From Spirochaetaceae bacterium (GTDB taxonomy: Bacteria > Spirochaetota > Spirochaetia > DSM-27196 > PWMO01): a stretch of 64,000 nucleotides of DNA. Location: the NCBI GenBank assembly GCA_046541715.1, contig JBKHCS010000003.1, positions 10,759 through 74,758 on the forward strand, read 5' to 3'. Shown piece by piece: positions 1-9,890 of the stretch (position 1 is its first letter; every line of letters begins with the position of its first letter). Below the pieces are notes generated by a model, which searched no databases, was not told the origin of the DNA, and was given only the letters and a program-made list of their open reading frames with translations. The position numbers were made by a program, and so were the translations under genes.

Positions 1-2
1 CC

Positions 3-2177
3 GAATGCGGCGCCGAGCCGGACGAGATTCGAACCGAGGTCGACGGCCACCTTACGGAGAAGGTTCCCGTCGTCGAGGATACGGATCCTTTCCAGTCTCT
101 CGGGTTCCAGAGTGTCATCGAGCGGGCGGTGTTCCACACCGAGAGCGCCTCGAAGGAGGAAGTCGATATCGGCGATATCCTCGTCTCCATCTTCGACGAG
201 GAGGAGTCCTTCGGGGCCTACTACCTGAGGAAAGCCGGTATCACCCGGATCGAACTCCTCCACGTTATCTCCCATGGCCTGTCGAGGGTGGAAGCGGAGG
301 ACGAAAACGGATCCACCGAGGACGAGTTGGGGGAAGACGCCTTCGAAGAAACCGCCGAGGACGAGGAAGGGGAGGAGAAGCGGGGGGACAAGCGCCGTCG
401 CCGGGATCCCTTGAGCCAGTTCACCACCGACCTGACGAAGGCCGCTAGGGAAGGACGCCTCGAGCCGCTGATCGGCCGGGAGGATATTCTCGAGCGGACC
501 ATGCAGGTTCTCTGCCGGCGGCTCAAGAACAACCCGATTCATCTCGGAGACCCCGGTGTCGGAAAGACCGCCATTACCGAAGGTCTCGCCCAGCGAATCG
601 CCGACGGCACCGTGCCCCCGGCCTTGCGGGACTACACGGTCCTCGCCCTGGATATGGGGGGCATGATAGCCGGAACCCGCTATCGGGGCGACTTCGAAGA
701 ACGGATGAAGCAGGTGATGAAGGCCCTCGAGAAGCGTACCGACATCATTCTGTTTATCGACGAGATCCATACCCTCGTGGGTGCCGGGGCGGTATCCGGA
801 GGCTCGATGGACGCCTCTAACATGTTGAAGCCTGCGCTCGCGACCGGACGAATCCGGTGCATCGGCTCCACGACCTACGAGGAGTACCGTCGCTTTTTCG
901 AAAAGGACCGGGCCCTCTCACGGCGATTTCAGAAGATCGAAGTCCTCGAGCCGACCGAGGACGAAACCGTCGAGATTCTCAAGGGTCTCCGAAGCAAGTA
1001 CGAGGAGTACCACAACGTCCGGTACACCGACGAAGCCCTTAAGTCGGCGGTACATCTCTCGGCGCAGTATATAAACGACCGTCACCTTCCGGACAAGGCG
1101 ATAGACGTTATCGACGAATGCGGCGCCTTTACCCGGATGAAACTCGAAGCCTCCGAGGCTCAAGGAGAGCCGGTGGTCATCACCGAGCATCAGGTAGAGC
1201 GGGTCGTCTCGAAGATGGCCAAAATCCCGGAGAAGAGTGTTTCCGTTTCGGAGAAGGACCGGCTCAAGGGCCTCGAGACAGACCTAAAGGCCGTCGTCTT
1301 CGGCCAGGACCCGGCCGTAGAGTCGGTCGTCGAGGCGGTAAAACGCTCCCGGGCCGGGTTCCGGCACCCGGACAAGCCCGTGGCCTCCTTTCTCTTCGTC
1401 GGCCCCACCGGAGTCGGCAAGACCGAGCTCGCCCGGCAGCTTTCCGACACCCTCGGCATCTCGCTGCACCGATTCGATATGAGCGAGTATCAGGAAAAGC
1501 ACACCGTCAGTAGGCTTATCGGTTCGCCCCCGGGGTACGTCGGGTACGAAGAGGGTGGACAGCTCTCCGAAGCGATCCGGAAAGAGCCCCACGCCGTGCT
1601 CCTTCTCGACGAGATCGAGAAGGCGCATCCGGATATCTTCAACATTTTGCTTCAGGTGATGGACTACGCGACCATTACCGACAACACCGGCAAGAAGGCC
1701 GATTTCCGGAACGTTATTCTTATCATGACCTCCAACGCCGGTGCCCGGGAGCTCGGCCGACCGTTGATCGGCTTCGGGGAACGTCAGATTACCAGCGAAG
1801 CGGTCAACGACGCGGTGGAGAAGATCTTCTCCCCGGAGTTTCGAAACCGCCTCGACAAGGTCGTGCAGTTCCAGCGGCTCCCGGAAGAGGTTATCCGGAA
1901 CATCGTTCGGAAGGAGATAGCCGCTTTCAACGAGCAACTCTCCGACAAGAACGTAACCCTCGAAGCCACCGACGAATGTGTAGCCTGGCTCGCGGAAAAG
2001 GGCTATTCCGACGAGTTCGGGGCGCGGAACATCGCGCGTCTGGTGGAGGAGAAGCTGAAGCGCTACTTCGTCGACGCCGTGCTCTTCGGCGATCTAGCCG
2101 ACGGAGGAACCGCCGTCGCGGATATCGAGGACGGAGAGGTGGTCATCCGAACCGAGGTGCCGAAGCCGGAGGGGTAA
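3..2177 (+). CDS. clpA: ATP-dependent Clp protease ATP-binding subunit ClpA (5' end outside window)
   Basis: Reading frame is open back to the window start, and the ORF-track start at 129 is an internal GTG. Has ClpA N-domain-like [11 protein letters not shown] and two AAA+ modules with Walker A GDPGVGKT and GPTGVGKT. Confidence 0.9.
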   Translation, partial: ECGAEPDEIRTEVDGHLTEKVPVVEDTDPFQSLGFQSVIERAVFHTESASKEEVDIGDILVSIFDEEESFGAYYLRKAGITRIELLHVISHGLSRVEAEDENGSTEDELGEDAFEETAEDEEGEEKRGDKRRRRDPLSQFTTDLTKAAREGRLEPLIGREDILERTMQVLCRRLKNNPIHLGDPGVGKTAITEGLAQRIADGTVPPALRDYTVLALDMGGMIAGTRYRGDFEERMKQVMKALEKRTDIILFIDEIHTLVGAGAVSGGSMDASNMLKPALATGRIRCIGSTTYEEYRRFFEKDRALSRRFQKIEVLEPTEDETVEILKGLRSKYEEYHNVRYTDEALKSAVHLSAQYINDRHLPDKAIDVIDECGAFTRMKLEASEAQGEPVVITEHQVERVVSKMAKIPEKSVSVSEKDRLKGLETDLKAVVFGQDPAVESVVEAVKRSRAGFRHPDKPVASFLFVGPTGVGKTELARQLSDTLGISLHRFDMSEYQEKHTVSRLIGSPPGYVGYEEGGQLSEAIRKEPHAVLLLDEIEKAHPDIFNILLQVMDYATITDNTGKKADFRNVILIMTSNAGARELGRPLIGFGERQITSEAVNDAVEKIFSPEFRNRLDKVVQFQRLPEEVIRNIVRKEIAAFNEQLSDKNVTLEATDECVAWLAEKGYSDEFGARNIARLVEEKLKRYFVDAVLFGDLADGGTAVADIEDGEVVIRTEVPKPEG

Positions 2178-2180
2178 GCC

Positions 2181-2885
2181 GTGCCCTTCCCCTACCTCGA
2201 CGAGAACCAAAGCGTACGGTTCCCTTCTCTGGACGAGGCGACCCCCGAGGGTGTGGTGGCCGTCGGGGGCAATCTCTCCCCGGGAATGCTGCTCTCCGCG
2301 TACCGCCAGGGAATCTTTCCCTGGTTCTCGGACGACGAGGAGCCGATTCTTTGGTGGAGCCCGGACCCCCGGTACGTCCTCTTCGTGGACGAGCTGTCGG
2401 TCCCTAAACGCCTCACCCGGAGCCTGAAGAAGCTACCTTTCGACATAACCTTCGACAGCGCCTTCAACGCGGTTATCCGTTCCTGTGCCACGGTGTTCCG
2501 TCCGAGGGAGATGGGAACCTGGATTACCGCGGAGATGTTCCGTGCCTACACCCGGCTCCACGAGTTGGGGTACGCCCATTCGGTGGAGGCGTGGCGGGAC
2601 GGCGAGTTGGCCGGCGGGCTCTACGGCGTCTGTCTCGGGGGCGTCTTCTACGGAGAGAGCATGTTCCACCGTACGACCAACGCCTCGAAGGCGGCTTTCG
2701 TGGCCCTGGTTCGGGGCCTCGAAGCCCACGGCGTCCGGTTGATCGACTGTCAGATGGAAACGCCGCTCCTCTCCTCCTTCGGTGCCAGGTATATACCCCG
2801 AGAGGAATTCGCCGGTCACCTCATCGCACTCTTGGCCGAGGAGACCCGCCGGGGTAGTTGGAAATCCTGGTCACCTGCCTCGTAA
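2181..2885 (+). CDS. aat: leucyl/phenylalanyl-tRNA--protein transferase
   Basis: GTG start 4 nt after the clpA stop. Carries GIFPWF, WWSPDPR and GESMFH motifs typical of L/F-transferase. Confidence 0.85.
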   Translation: MPFPYLDENQSVRFPSLDEATPEGVVAVGGNLSPGMLLSAYRQGIFPWFSDDEEPILWWSPDPRYVLFVDELSVPKRLTRSLKKLPFDITFDSAFNAVIRSCATVFRPREMGTWITAEMFRAYTRLHELGYAHSVEAWRDGELAGGLYGVCLGGVFYGESMFHRTTNASKAAFVALVRGLEAHGVRLIDCQMETPLLSSFGARYIPREEFAGHLIALLAEETRRGSWKSWSPAS

Positions 2886-3336
2886 TTCCTTACAAGACGA
2901 CTCAAGACCGGACTATGTTTTGGGTACGGCACGCTAATGGACACTACCGAGGTAATCGGCTGGGCTGTTCCGACCATAATCGGGGTGGTACCGATGTTTC
3001 TCTACACGCCCCTGAGGGCGAAGAACATGAGGAACATCCTCTTAACGCACGATGGTGGACCCCAAAGCTCTCTTCGATCGGGGGACTCGCCCAGATAGCC
3101 GCCGGGACTGCGGTCTTCTTCGTTCCCGCTCTCATCGGGCCCCAGCGATGTCTTTGCTTACGGCCGAATGGGGGGCCGCCGTCGATAATGGTTGACGCTT
3201 AGAGTCAATGTTGCAGCGTGGGGAACCACCGGGCCCGGGGCATGTTCGGCGCCTTTGTGGTCGTCGCGGATTAGTCGCCTGCGGAGTTTCCCGAGCCACC
3301 CGGGAACCCGAGCCTTGGGACGAGACAGTCCGATTC

Positions 3337-5001
3337 CTAGTAGTCAAACCCGCTCTGTCCGATAAACTCCCGGAGTATCGAGTCGTAAGGAACGTTGCGC
3401 TCCGGAATTCCGACGAAGTTGTCGAGGAATCCCATCAGGCGGATTGCCTCGTGGTAGACGTCGTGATGCGGCTTGACCATGGTCAACAGAGGCCAGGCGT
3501 AGTTTCTCAAGACCGCCAGCTCGTAGTCGAGGGCCGAATTAAAGGCTACGTCGGCAGAATCCTGGTACGGGAAGATGTTGCGGTTTTCTCCCCGGCGAAC
3601 CGAAGGCCACATGTGCAGAGTATCTAAGGCGCTGTGGCCCCTAAACTGGTAGTCCCGGACCATTCGACGGATAAGCCGGTTATCCGTGGTGGGGATACGG
3701 GTGTGGTCGTCAAGGTTCAGCTGGGTCAACGCCGAAACGTAAACCTTGAACTTGTTCTGCGCGCTTACCCGGGGAGTCAGTTGATCGTTTAGCCCGTGGA
3801 TTCCTTCGAGAATCAGGATCCCGTTATCCCGCAGACGAATCGGGGTATCGCTCGTAACCCGGCTGCCGGTCTTGAAGTCGAACACCGGCATACGAACCTC
3901 TTCCCCTTCGAATAGCGCCAGTAGCTGCTCGTTCAAGAGGGTGACGTCGATTGCTTTGAGGCTCTCGAAATCGTAGTTCCCCTCTTCGTCCCGGGGCGTC
4001 TGCTCCCGGGGAACAAAGTAATCGTCGAGAGAAACGGCGACCGGGACTCGGCCTGCGGCCCGGAGCTGGATTTCGAGTTTCTTCGCGAAGGTCGTCTTTC
4101 CCGACGACGAGGGACCCGCTATCAAGACCATCCGAACCTGGCTCTCGGCGACGATTCTGTCGCCGATTTCGGCGATCCGTTTGTTCTGAAGCGCTTCGGC
4201 TACCCAGATGAACTCACGGATGCCTCCTGACACCACGCGGTCGTTCAAGCGCCCGGCTGAACCGACGTCGAGAATTCGGCCCCACTCCTTGTGTTCTTGA
4301 TACACCGAGAAGAGGAGGGGGCTACCCCGGAAGGTGCCGAGCTCTCTCGGGTCACCCTCTCCCCCGGGAAACCGGAGAATAAAGCCCCCCTCGTAGATTT
4401 CGAGGGCAAAGGTCTTGAGGACACCGGTCCTAGGCGCCAAGGGACCATGGGCAAGATCCATGATTCCGCCGCAGGTATACACCGCCACTTTCGAAGCATT
4501 CTTGTGTTTTACCAGGAGTGCCGTATCCATCATGCCGCGGTCTTCGAAGGAACGGATGGCGTCTTCGTAGGCTAGATAGCAGCGTGTTATCTCCAAGTCC
4601 TCTTGGACCAGGCTCCTCATCCGCTTCTCGACCTGAGCCAACGTCGCGGCGTCGACGGTCTGTTCCTCCCCGAGGGTATAGTAGTAGCTATCCCCGAGGC
4701 TGTGGCCGATCACAAGGTGCATCTGTGGCGCGATCTCGTGGAAGGCCATGGCCAGCAGAAAGCAGAGGCTCCGGCGATAGACTCGGCGACCCTCGGTCGA
4801 ATCGATCGTGACCGGTTCTAAGCGGGCGTTCACCTCCAAGGGGTACGAGAGGCTGGTAATCTCGTTATTGACCCGCATAGCCATAAGGTTTATGTCCGCC
4901 GGATCGGTACCTGCGGCGCGCATAGCCTCCGAAATACGAATTCCGGCAGGAGCCGAAAAGGGTCCCGCTGTTCCAAGATGATAGGTGATGTTCGAAATCA
5001 T
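3337..5001 (-). CDS. TGS / ThrRS-like SAD domain fused to a uridine-kinase-type P-loop kinase
   Basis: N-terminal half resembles the ThrRS N-terminal TGS plus second additional domain (DLAHGP). C-terminal half has P-loop GPSSSGKTT and Udk/PRK-like motifs. ATGA start/stop overlap with the upstream HD-GYP gene. Confidence 0.7.
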   Translation of the reverse strand: MISNITYHLGTAGPFSAPAGIRISEAMRAAGTDPADINLMAMRVNNEITSLSYPLEVNARLEPVTIDSTEGRRVYRRSLCFLLAMAFHEIAPQMHLVIGHSLGDSYYYTLGEEQTVDAATLAQVEKRMRSLVQEDLEITRCYLAYEDAIRSFEDRGMMDTALLVKHKNASKVAVYTCGGIMDLAHGPLAPRTGVLKTFALEIYEGGFILRFPGGEGDPRELGTFRGSPLLFSVYQEHKEWGRILDVGSAGRLNDRVVSGGIREFIWVAEALQNKRIAEIGDRIVAESQVRMVLIAGPSSSGKTTFAKKLEIQLRAAGRVPVAVSLDDYFVPREQTPRDEEGNYDFESLKAIDVTLLNEQLLALFEGEEVRMPVFDFKTGSRVTSDTPIRLRDNGILILEGIHGLNDQLTPRVSAQNKFKVYVSALTQLNLDDHTRIPTTDNRLIRRMVRDYQFRGHSALDTLHMWPSVRRGENRNIFPYQDSADVAFNSALDYELAVLRNYAWPLLTMVKPHHDVYHEAIRLMGFLDNFVGIPERNVPYDSILREFIGQSGFDY

Positions 5002-6161
5002 GATCTGGGGTCGAGGAGCTCCTGACTCTCCTCCGGACTCAGGGTCCGGACTATCTTGTACTGCTCTTCCACGGTTCTAACGCTCGGCTGATCGGCATAA
5101 CGGTGCCCCTCGGCCGATACGATCAACCGGACGATCGGGGCTCGGGGGTTGTCATTGTTGCTCTCGACCACCATGCCACGGTAGCCGTTGGTGAGCTCGA
5201 CGTAGGTTCCCAAGGGAAAGATCGACAGGTTCGAGACGAGGGCTCTCAGAACGTGCTCGTCGTACTTGGTGCCGCGGCCCTGTATGAGCTCGAGAATCGC
5301 CTGGTGCGGATCGCCGGCCGTCCGGAAGGGCCGTTCGGCCGTCTGGGCGGCGTAGGAACCGGCGACCGCAATTATTTTGGCGTACTGGGAGATCCGTTCG
5401 GCCGTAAGGCCCCGGGGGTAACCCGTGCCGTCGAGGTTCTCCCGGCATTCGAGAACCGCGAGACATACGCTCAAGGGAAAGGAGTACTGCTTAAGAATCT
5501 TAAACCCCAACACGGTGTGTGCCAGAATGGCCTTTCGTTCCTGGGGCGTAAGCTCCTTGGAAGACATGTAGACTTGAGGGGGAAGGCGGATCATTCCGAT
5601 CTCGTGCAGGATGGCCGCCGTACCGAGCTCGATAAGCTTGTGGGCCGGAATTCTCAAGGTGGCACCGATAGCCGTGCTCAGAATGGTGGTCCGTACGGAA
5701 TGCTCGACGATGTAGTTCTTATCGAGATTTCGCAAGGCGCTGAATCGCAAGAGGTACTTTCGGTGCGACTTCACCATCTCGACGAGCTCCTTGATCCGTT
5801 CGGACACGGTCCGCTGGGAAAGCTCGTTCTTCGTGACGAAGTTGGTAAAGGTCTTCTCGGTAAAGTTGAGCATCTGGGCGTAGGTGCTCTGGGCTTCCTT
5901 GAGGAGCTCGCGTTCCTTTACCCCCTGCTCGAGATCGATGAGGGGTGCATCCTCCGCAGCGTCGGTAATCGGGGCCGTGGGTGATTCGTCCACCGGATTT
6001 CCTTCGCAGAGAAGAGAGGAGTAACCCCACTTGACGAGTCTATTGCGCAGCTCGTCGGTCAGAGGAGTCTCCGGTGAGAGAAGGATGTACTTCTCGTCGA
6101 GGAAGACGGGTTGGGTAAAGTATTTTCCACTCGTGGCGTTCTGCAATGCTAAGCGGTTCAT
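4998..6161 (-). CDS. HD-GYP domain protein with degenerate catalytic motifs
   Basis: DGTGYPRGL (GYP) motif is present. The HD position reads LHEIGM, the HHE position reads CRE, and the ADxxDA position reads AGSYAA. Confidence 0.7.
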   Translation of the reverse strand: MNRLALQNATSGKYFTQPVFLDEKYILLSPETPLTDELRNRLVKWGYSSLLCEGNPVDESPTAPITDAAEDAPLIDLEQGVKERELLKEAQSTYAQMLNFTEKTFTNFVTKNELSQRTVSERIKELVEMVKSHRKYLLRFSALRNLDKNYIVEHSVRTTILSTAIGATLRIPAHKLIELGTAAILHEIGMIRLPPQVYMSSKELTPQERKAILAHTVLGFKILKQYSFPLSVCLAVLECRENLDGTGYPRGLTAERISQYAKIIAVAGSYAAQTAERPFRTAGDPHQAILELIQGRGTKYDEHVLRALVSNLSIFPLGTYVELTNGYRGMVVESNNDNPRAPIVRLIVSAEGHRYADQPSVRTVEEQYKIVRTLSPEESQELLDPRS

Positions 6162-6224
6162 CCCGCTCCCGTTGACCCCCTATATCGTTTTACTTATGCT
6201 AGCGCTATTATAGAGCACTTCCTT

Positions 6225-7061
6225 ATGAAGTTTAAGATTATCTTCATCATCTTCAATATCGTCATTGTCGCCTCTTTCCTCTTCATTTTCTTTATGCCGG
6301 CGATATTCCTCGGTTGGGAGTACAGTCGTCTCTTTTGGTCGAGTAACTGGATCCTCGGAGCCGCCTTTGTTGCGGTGCTCGGAGGGCTCAACGCGTACTT
6401 TCTGTCGAATTGGAAACTCTTCGCGTACCTCGAGCGGGAGGAATGGCCGCGGCTGATCGACTATCTCGAAGACCAGGTCTACCGGAAACGACGGTTCAAT
6501 CGCCAGCGGATACGCATCCTCATCAACGCCTACATCGTGTCCTCCAGGACAGATGCTATTACGAAGCTGGAAGAGTTCCTCCGGACCGAGAAACCGCAGA
6601 TTATTCCCCGGTTTTCCCTTGCTCTCGGGGTTCCTCACCTTCTCAGGAACGATCCTATCGATATGGAGCTTTACTACGGGGAGCTGAAAGACAAGAAACA
6701 GACGAATGACCCACTCTGGGTTCGCTGGAGTTACGCCTTTGCGCTCATGCTCGGAAAAAAGGCGGAGCCGGCGCGAAACGAGCTTTTGAGCATCGCCGGC
6801 GACGCAAAGGATCCTATCTTGCGTCTTCTGACTGCCTACCTTCTCGACGCCTACGCGTCCCAGGATCAGGATGTCCAGAATGTCGTGGTCGAGACGGTTC
6901 GAGCCGTCACCGGCAGCTACACCCTCGCCGCCTGGCGAAAGGAAGTCGAACGCCGGCGGAGCAATATCCAAATCGTGGTCCTCTCCAAACTAATCGACGA
7001 TGCCACCGCCTGGGCCTTCGAGACGAAGAGTCCCGGTGGCTCTCCCGGCGCAGCGCGCTGA
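6225..7061 (+). CDS. membrane protein (two N-terminal TM helices plus helical-repeat cytoplasmic domain)
   Basis: Hydrophobic N-terminus MKFKIIFIIFNIVIVASFLFIFF. Protein-like composition, unlike the overlapping antisense ORF 6180..6971. No family recognised. Confidence 0.5.
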   Translation: MKFKIIFIIFNIVIVASFLFIFFMPAIFLGWEYSRLFWSSNWILGAAFVAVLGGLNAYFLSNWKLFAYLEREEWPRLIDYLEDQVYRKRRFNRQRIRILINAYIVSSRTDAITKLEEFLRTEKPQIIPRFSLALGVPHLLRNDPIDMELYYGELKDKKQTNDPLWVRWSYAFALMLGKKAEPARNELLSIAGDAKDPILRLLTAYLLDAYASQDQDVQNVVVETVRAVTGSYTLAAWRKEVERRRSNIQIVVLSKLIDDATAWAFETKSPGGSPGAAR

Positions 7062-7095
7062 TATTTCCAGCCTCTCGGCAACAAGGACAGAGAAA

Positions 7096-8328
7096 GTGGC
7101 GGACACGATCAAACCAGGAACCTACATCAAGTCTCACAAATTGGACGAAGTCCTCTACGACATCCGAGGCCCGGTTCTTTCCGAAGCCCAGCGCCTCGAG
7201 GAGGAGGGCTTCAAGGTCCTCAAACTGAACATCGGAAACCCCGCGCCCTTTGGCTTCGACGCCCCGGACGAGCTTTTCCACGACGTTATCGTGAATCTCC
7301 GGAACGCCCAGGGGTACAGCGACAGCAAGGGGCTCTTTAGCGCCCGAAAAGCCGTCATGCAGGACTACCAGCAGAAGGGGATCCTCGGGGTCGAGATCGA
7401 CGACATCTACATCGGCAACGGGGTTAGCGAGCTTATCGTCATGGCGATGCAGGGTCTTTTGAACGGCGGGGACGAGATTCTCGTTCCTTCCCCGGATTAC
7501 CCGCTGTGGACCGCGGCGGTCACCCTCTCCGGGGGGAAGGCCGTCCACTACCTCTGCGACGAGTCTTCCGATTGGGTTCCGGACATGGAAGACATCCGGA
7601 GCAAGATAACCGGCCGAACCAAGGGTATCGTCGTGATCAACCCGAACAACCCGACGGGAAGCGTCTATCCCCTCGAGATTCTCGAGGAGATTCACAAGAC
7701 CGCCTACGAGCACGGCCTGATCGTCTTCGGGGACGAGATCTACGAGAAGATTACCTACGACGAAGCCGAGCACGTCAGCCTGGCGACGATTTGCGATGAT
7801 TTGTTCTGCGTCACCTTCAACGGGCTCTCGAAGGCGTACCGGGCCGCAGGCTTCCGGGCCGGGTGGATGGTCATTACCGGGCGGAAGATGCTCGGAACCG
7901 ACTACCGGGACGGCCTCGATCTCTTGGCCAACATGCGCCTCTGCTCGAACGTACCGGCTCAGTTCGCCATCCAGGCTGCCCTTGGGGGATATCAGAGCGT
8001 CAACGAGCTGGTCCTCCCGGGAGGACGCCTCTTCGAGCAGCGAAATCTCGCCCACCGGATGCTCAACGAGATCCCCGGGGTGAGCTGTACGCTTCCCAAG
8101 GGAGCCCTCTATCTCTTTCCGAAGCTCGATCCGGGACATTTCGGGATTACCGACGACGCCCGCTTCGTTTTCGACCTCTTGACCGAAACGAAGGTACTGG
8201 TTGTGCAGGGGAGCGGATTCCACGCCGCGGATAGACACCACTTCCGGATCGTCTTTCTTCCGGACACGAAGACCTTATCAGCGGCAATCGAAGGGATCGC
8301 GGACTTTCTCTCCTGGTACCGCCAGTAG
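7096..8328 (+). CDS. PLP-dependent aminotransferase, AlaA/class I type
   Basis: KLDEVLYDIRGPVLSEAQRLEEEG matches the AlaA N-terminus, and the SKAYRAAGFR lysine motif is present. GTG at 7096 follows AAGGA; the upstream extension from 7000 is Arg/Pro-rich. Confidence 0.8.
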   Translation: MADTIKPGTYIKSHKLDEVLYDIRGPVLSEAQRLEEEGFKVLKLNIGNPAPFGFDAPDELFHDVIVNLRNAQGYSDSKGLFSARKAVMQDYQQKGILGVEIDDIYIGNGVSELIVMAMQGLLNGGDEILVPSPDYPLWTAAVTLSGGKAVHYLCDESSDWVPDMEDIRSKITGRTKGIVVINPNNPTGSVYPLEILEEIHKTAYEHGLIVFGDEIYEKITYDEAEHVSLATICDDLFCVTFNGLSKAYRAAGFRAGWMVITGRKMLGTDYRDGLDLLANMRLCSNVPAQFAIQAALGGYQSVNELVLPGGRLFEQRNLAHRMLNEIPGVSCTLPKGALYLFPKLDPGHFGITDDARFVFDLLTETKVLVVQGSGFHAADRHHFRIVFLPDTKTLSAAIEGIADFLSWYRQ

Positions 8329-8366
8329 AAAGAGCCTGGGAGGACAAACCCGCGTCATACCTCGCC

Positions 8367-8396
8367 TTGACCGCAGCCTCGGCGCATCGGTACAAT
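8367..8396 (+). promoter_or_regulatory. sigma70-type promoter for gltX (TTGACC-N18-TACAAT)
   Basis: -35 at 8367-8372 and -10 at 8391-8396, 18 nt upstream of the ATG at 8415. Confidence 0.45.
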
Positions 8397-8414
8397 GCGC
8401 GAGCACAAGGAAAC

Positions 8415-9890
8415 ATGAAGGTACGAGTACGATACGCGCCGTCGCCGACCGGTCTCCAACACATTGGAGGGGTCAGGACCGCCCTTTTTAACTACTTTTT
8501 TGCTCGCAGCGCCGGCGGCGCCTTTATCCTCCGTATCGAGGATACGGACCAGGAGCGTTTCGACCCCCGGGCTCTCGAGGACATCTACGAGACCTTTGAC
8601 TGGCTCGGGATCTCCTGGGACGAAGGGCCGGATGTCGGCGGCGACTACGGTCCCTACGTACAGTCCGAGCGGGTGGAGCTCTACCGGAAGTATGCCGACC
8701 AGCTGGTCGACGCCGGAAAGGCGTACTGGGCCTACGATACCGCCGAAGAGCTCGAAGCAATGCGGGCCGCCCAGGGCGGGAAGGGACCGGGGTACGACCG
8801 CCGGGGCCGCGACCGGAGTACCGAGGAAAACGAGCGGAGAAAGGCCGAGGGTGTCCCGGGGGTGGTGCGCTTTAGAGTGCCCCTCGAAGGCACAACCGAG
8901 ACGCAGGATCTGATCCTCGGCCGGATTAAGCGTAAGAACGCCGATATCCCGCCGGACCCGGTGCTCCTGAAGTCCGACGGTTTTCCCACCTACCACCTCG
9001 CGAACGTCATCGACGACCATTCCATGGAGATAAGCCACATCCTCCGGGCCCAGGAGTGGGTCTCTTCGGCCACTCTCCACGTGCAACTCTACCGTGCCTT
9101 CGGGTGGCAGCCTCCGGAGTATTGCCATCTCCCCATGGTCCTCGGGAAGGACGGGCAGAAGCTCTCGAAGCGACACGGCGCCACCCAGGCCCTGGAGTTT
9201 CGAAAAGCCGGCTACCTCCCTGAGGCGGTCTTGAACTACGTGACCCTCCTCGGATGGTCCTACGACGACAAGCGGGAGTTCTTTACCAAGAGCGACCTCG
9301 AAGAGCTCTTCTCTCTGGAAAAGATCAACAAGGCACCGGCGGTCTTCGACTACAAGAAGCTCGAGTGGTTCAACGGCAACTACATCCGGGAGCTCTCCCC
9401 GGAGGAGCTCTACCGGCGGATTCTTCCCTACCTGGTGGAAACGCGGCTGGTTGCCGATCCGCCTAGGGAGGCGGAGAAAGACACAATCTTCGGAGCACTC
9501 CCTTTGATCCACGAGCGGCTAAAGCTGCTCTCGGACGCCCCGGACCTGCTGCGCTTTATACTGACCGAGCCACCGACGGCACCGCCGGAAGAGTTTCTCG
9601 GCAAAGGGATGACCCTCACCGAAGCCTACGAGTATCTTAAGATCTCCCGGGAGCTTCTGGTCGACTTCGACTCCCGGACCGAAGAAGAAAACGAGGAGAT
9701 CTTCCGCCGGAAGGCCGAGGAAATCGACGCGAAGGTCGGTCGGCTCTTGACGCCCCTCCGGGTAGCTGTTACCGGTTCCAAGGTCTCGCCGCCGCTTTTC
9801 GGCTCGATAGCACTCCTGGGAGGCGAGGCCGCCCTCCGGCGGGTCGACACCGCCCTTACGATTCTGAAAAACGAGGAACTAGATGGCTGA
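8415..9890 (+). CDS. gltX: glutamyl-tRNA synthetase
   Basis: MKVRVRYAPSPTGLQHIGG (HIGH region) and KLSKRHG (KMSKS region). Start moved to the ATG at 8415. Confidence 0.9.
   Translation: MKVRVRYAPSPTGLQHIGGVRTALFNYFFARSAGGAFILRIEDTDQERFDPRALEDIYETFDWLGISWDEGPDVGGDYGPYVQSERVELYRKYADQLVDAGKAYWAYDTAEELEAMRAAQGGKGPGYDRRGRDRSTEENERRKAEGVPGVVRFRVPLEGTTETQDLILGRIKRKNADIPPDPVLLKSDGFPTYHLANVIDDHSMEISHILRAQEWVSSATLHVQLYRAFGWQPPEYCHLPMVLGKDGQKLSKRHGATQALEFRKAGYLPEAVLNYVTLLGWSYDDKREFFTKSDLEELFSLEKINKAPAVFDYKKLEWFNGNYIRELSPEELYRRILPYLVETRLVADPPREAEKDTIFGALPLIHERLKLLSDAPDLLRFILTEPPTAPPEEFLGKGMTLTEAYEYLKISRELLVDFDSRTEEENEEIFRRKAEEIDAKVGRLLTPLRVAVTGSKVSPPLFGSIALLGGEAALRRVDTALTILKNEELDG

Noticed and set aside
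2858-3202. 114-aa ORF, plus 2944..3135(-) and 3132..3347(-), inside the aat / kinase-fusion gap.
   Set aside because: No SD and no recognisable motif. Composition is typical of random GC-rich ORFs. Treated as non-coding (see the gap finding).
2886-3336. Tested the gap by eye for tmRNA, RNase P RNA and SRP RNA.
   Set aside because: No T-arm with GGTTCGAATCC-like sequence. A lone TCCACCA on the minus strand at about 3053 has no adjacent T-arm. No GAGGAAAGTCCGGGC or ACAGAACCCGGCTTA P4 strands. No CAGGUCCGGAAGGAAGCAGCC motif.
6907-8241. Long antisense ORFs opposite well-supported genes. Examples: 6907..8241(-), 8355..9512(-), 9856..10707(-), 22453..23496(+), 35532..36167(-), 48823..49998(-), 52601..53995(-), 57707..58909(-), 59888..60901(-).
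   Set aside because: All lie opposite genes with clear family motifs. They are Arg/Gly/Pro/Val-rich, as expected for stop-poor antisense frames in GC-rich DNA, and show no recognisable domains.
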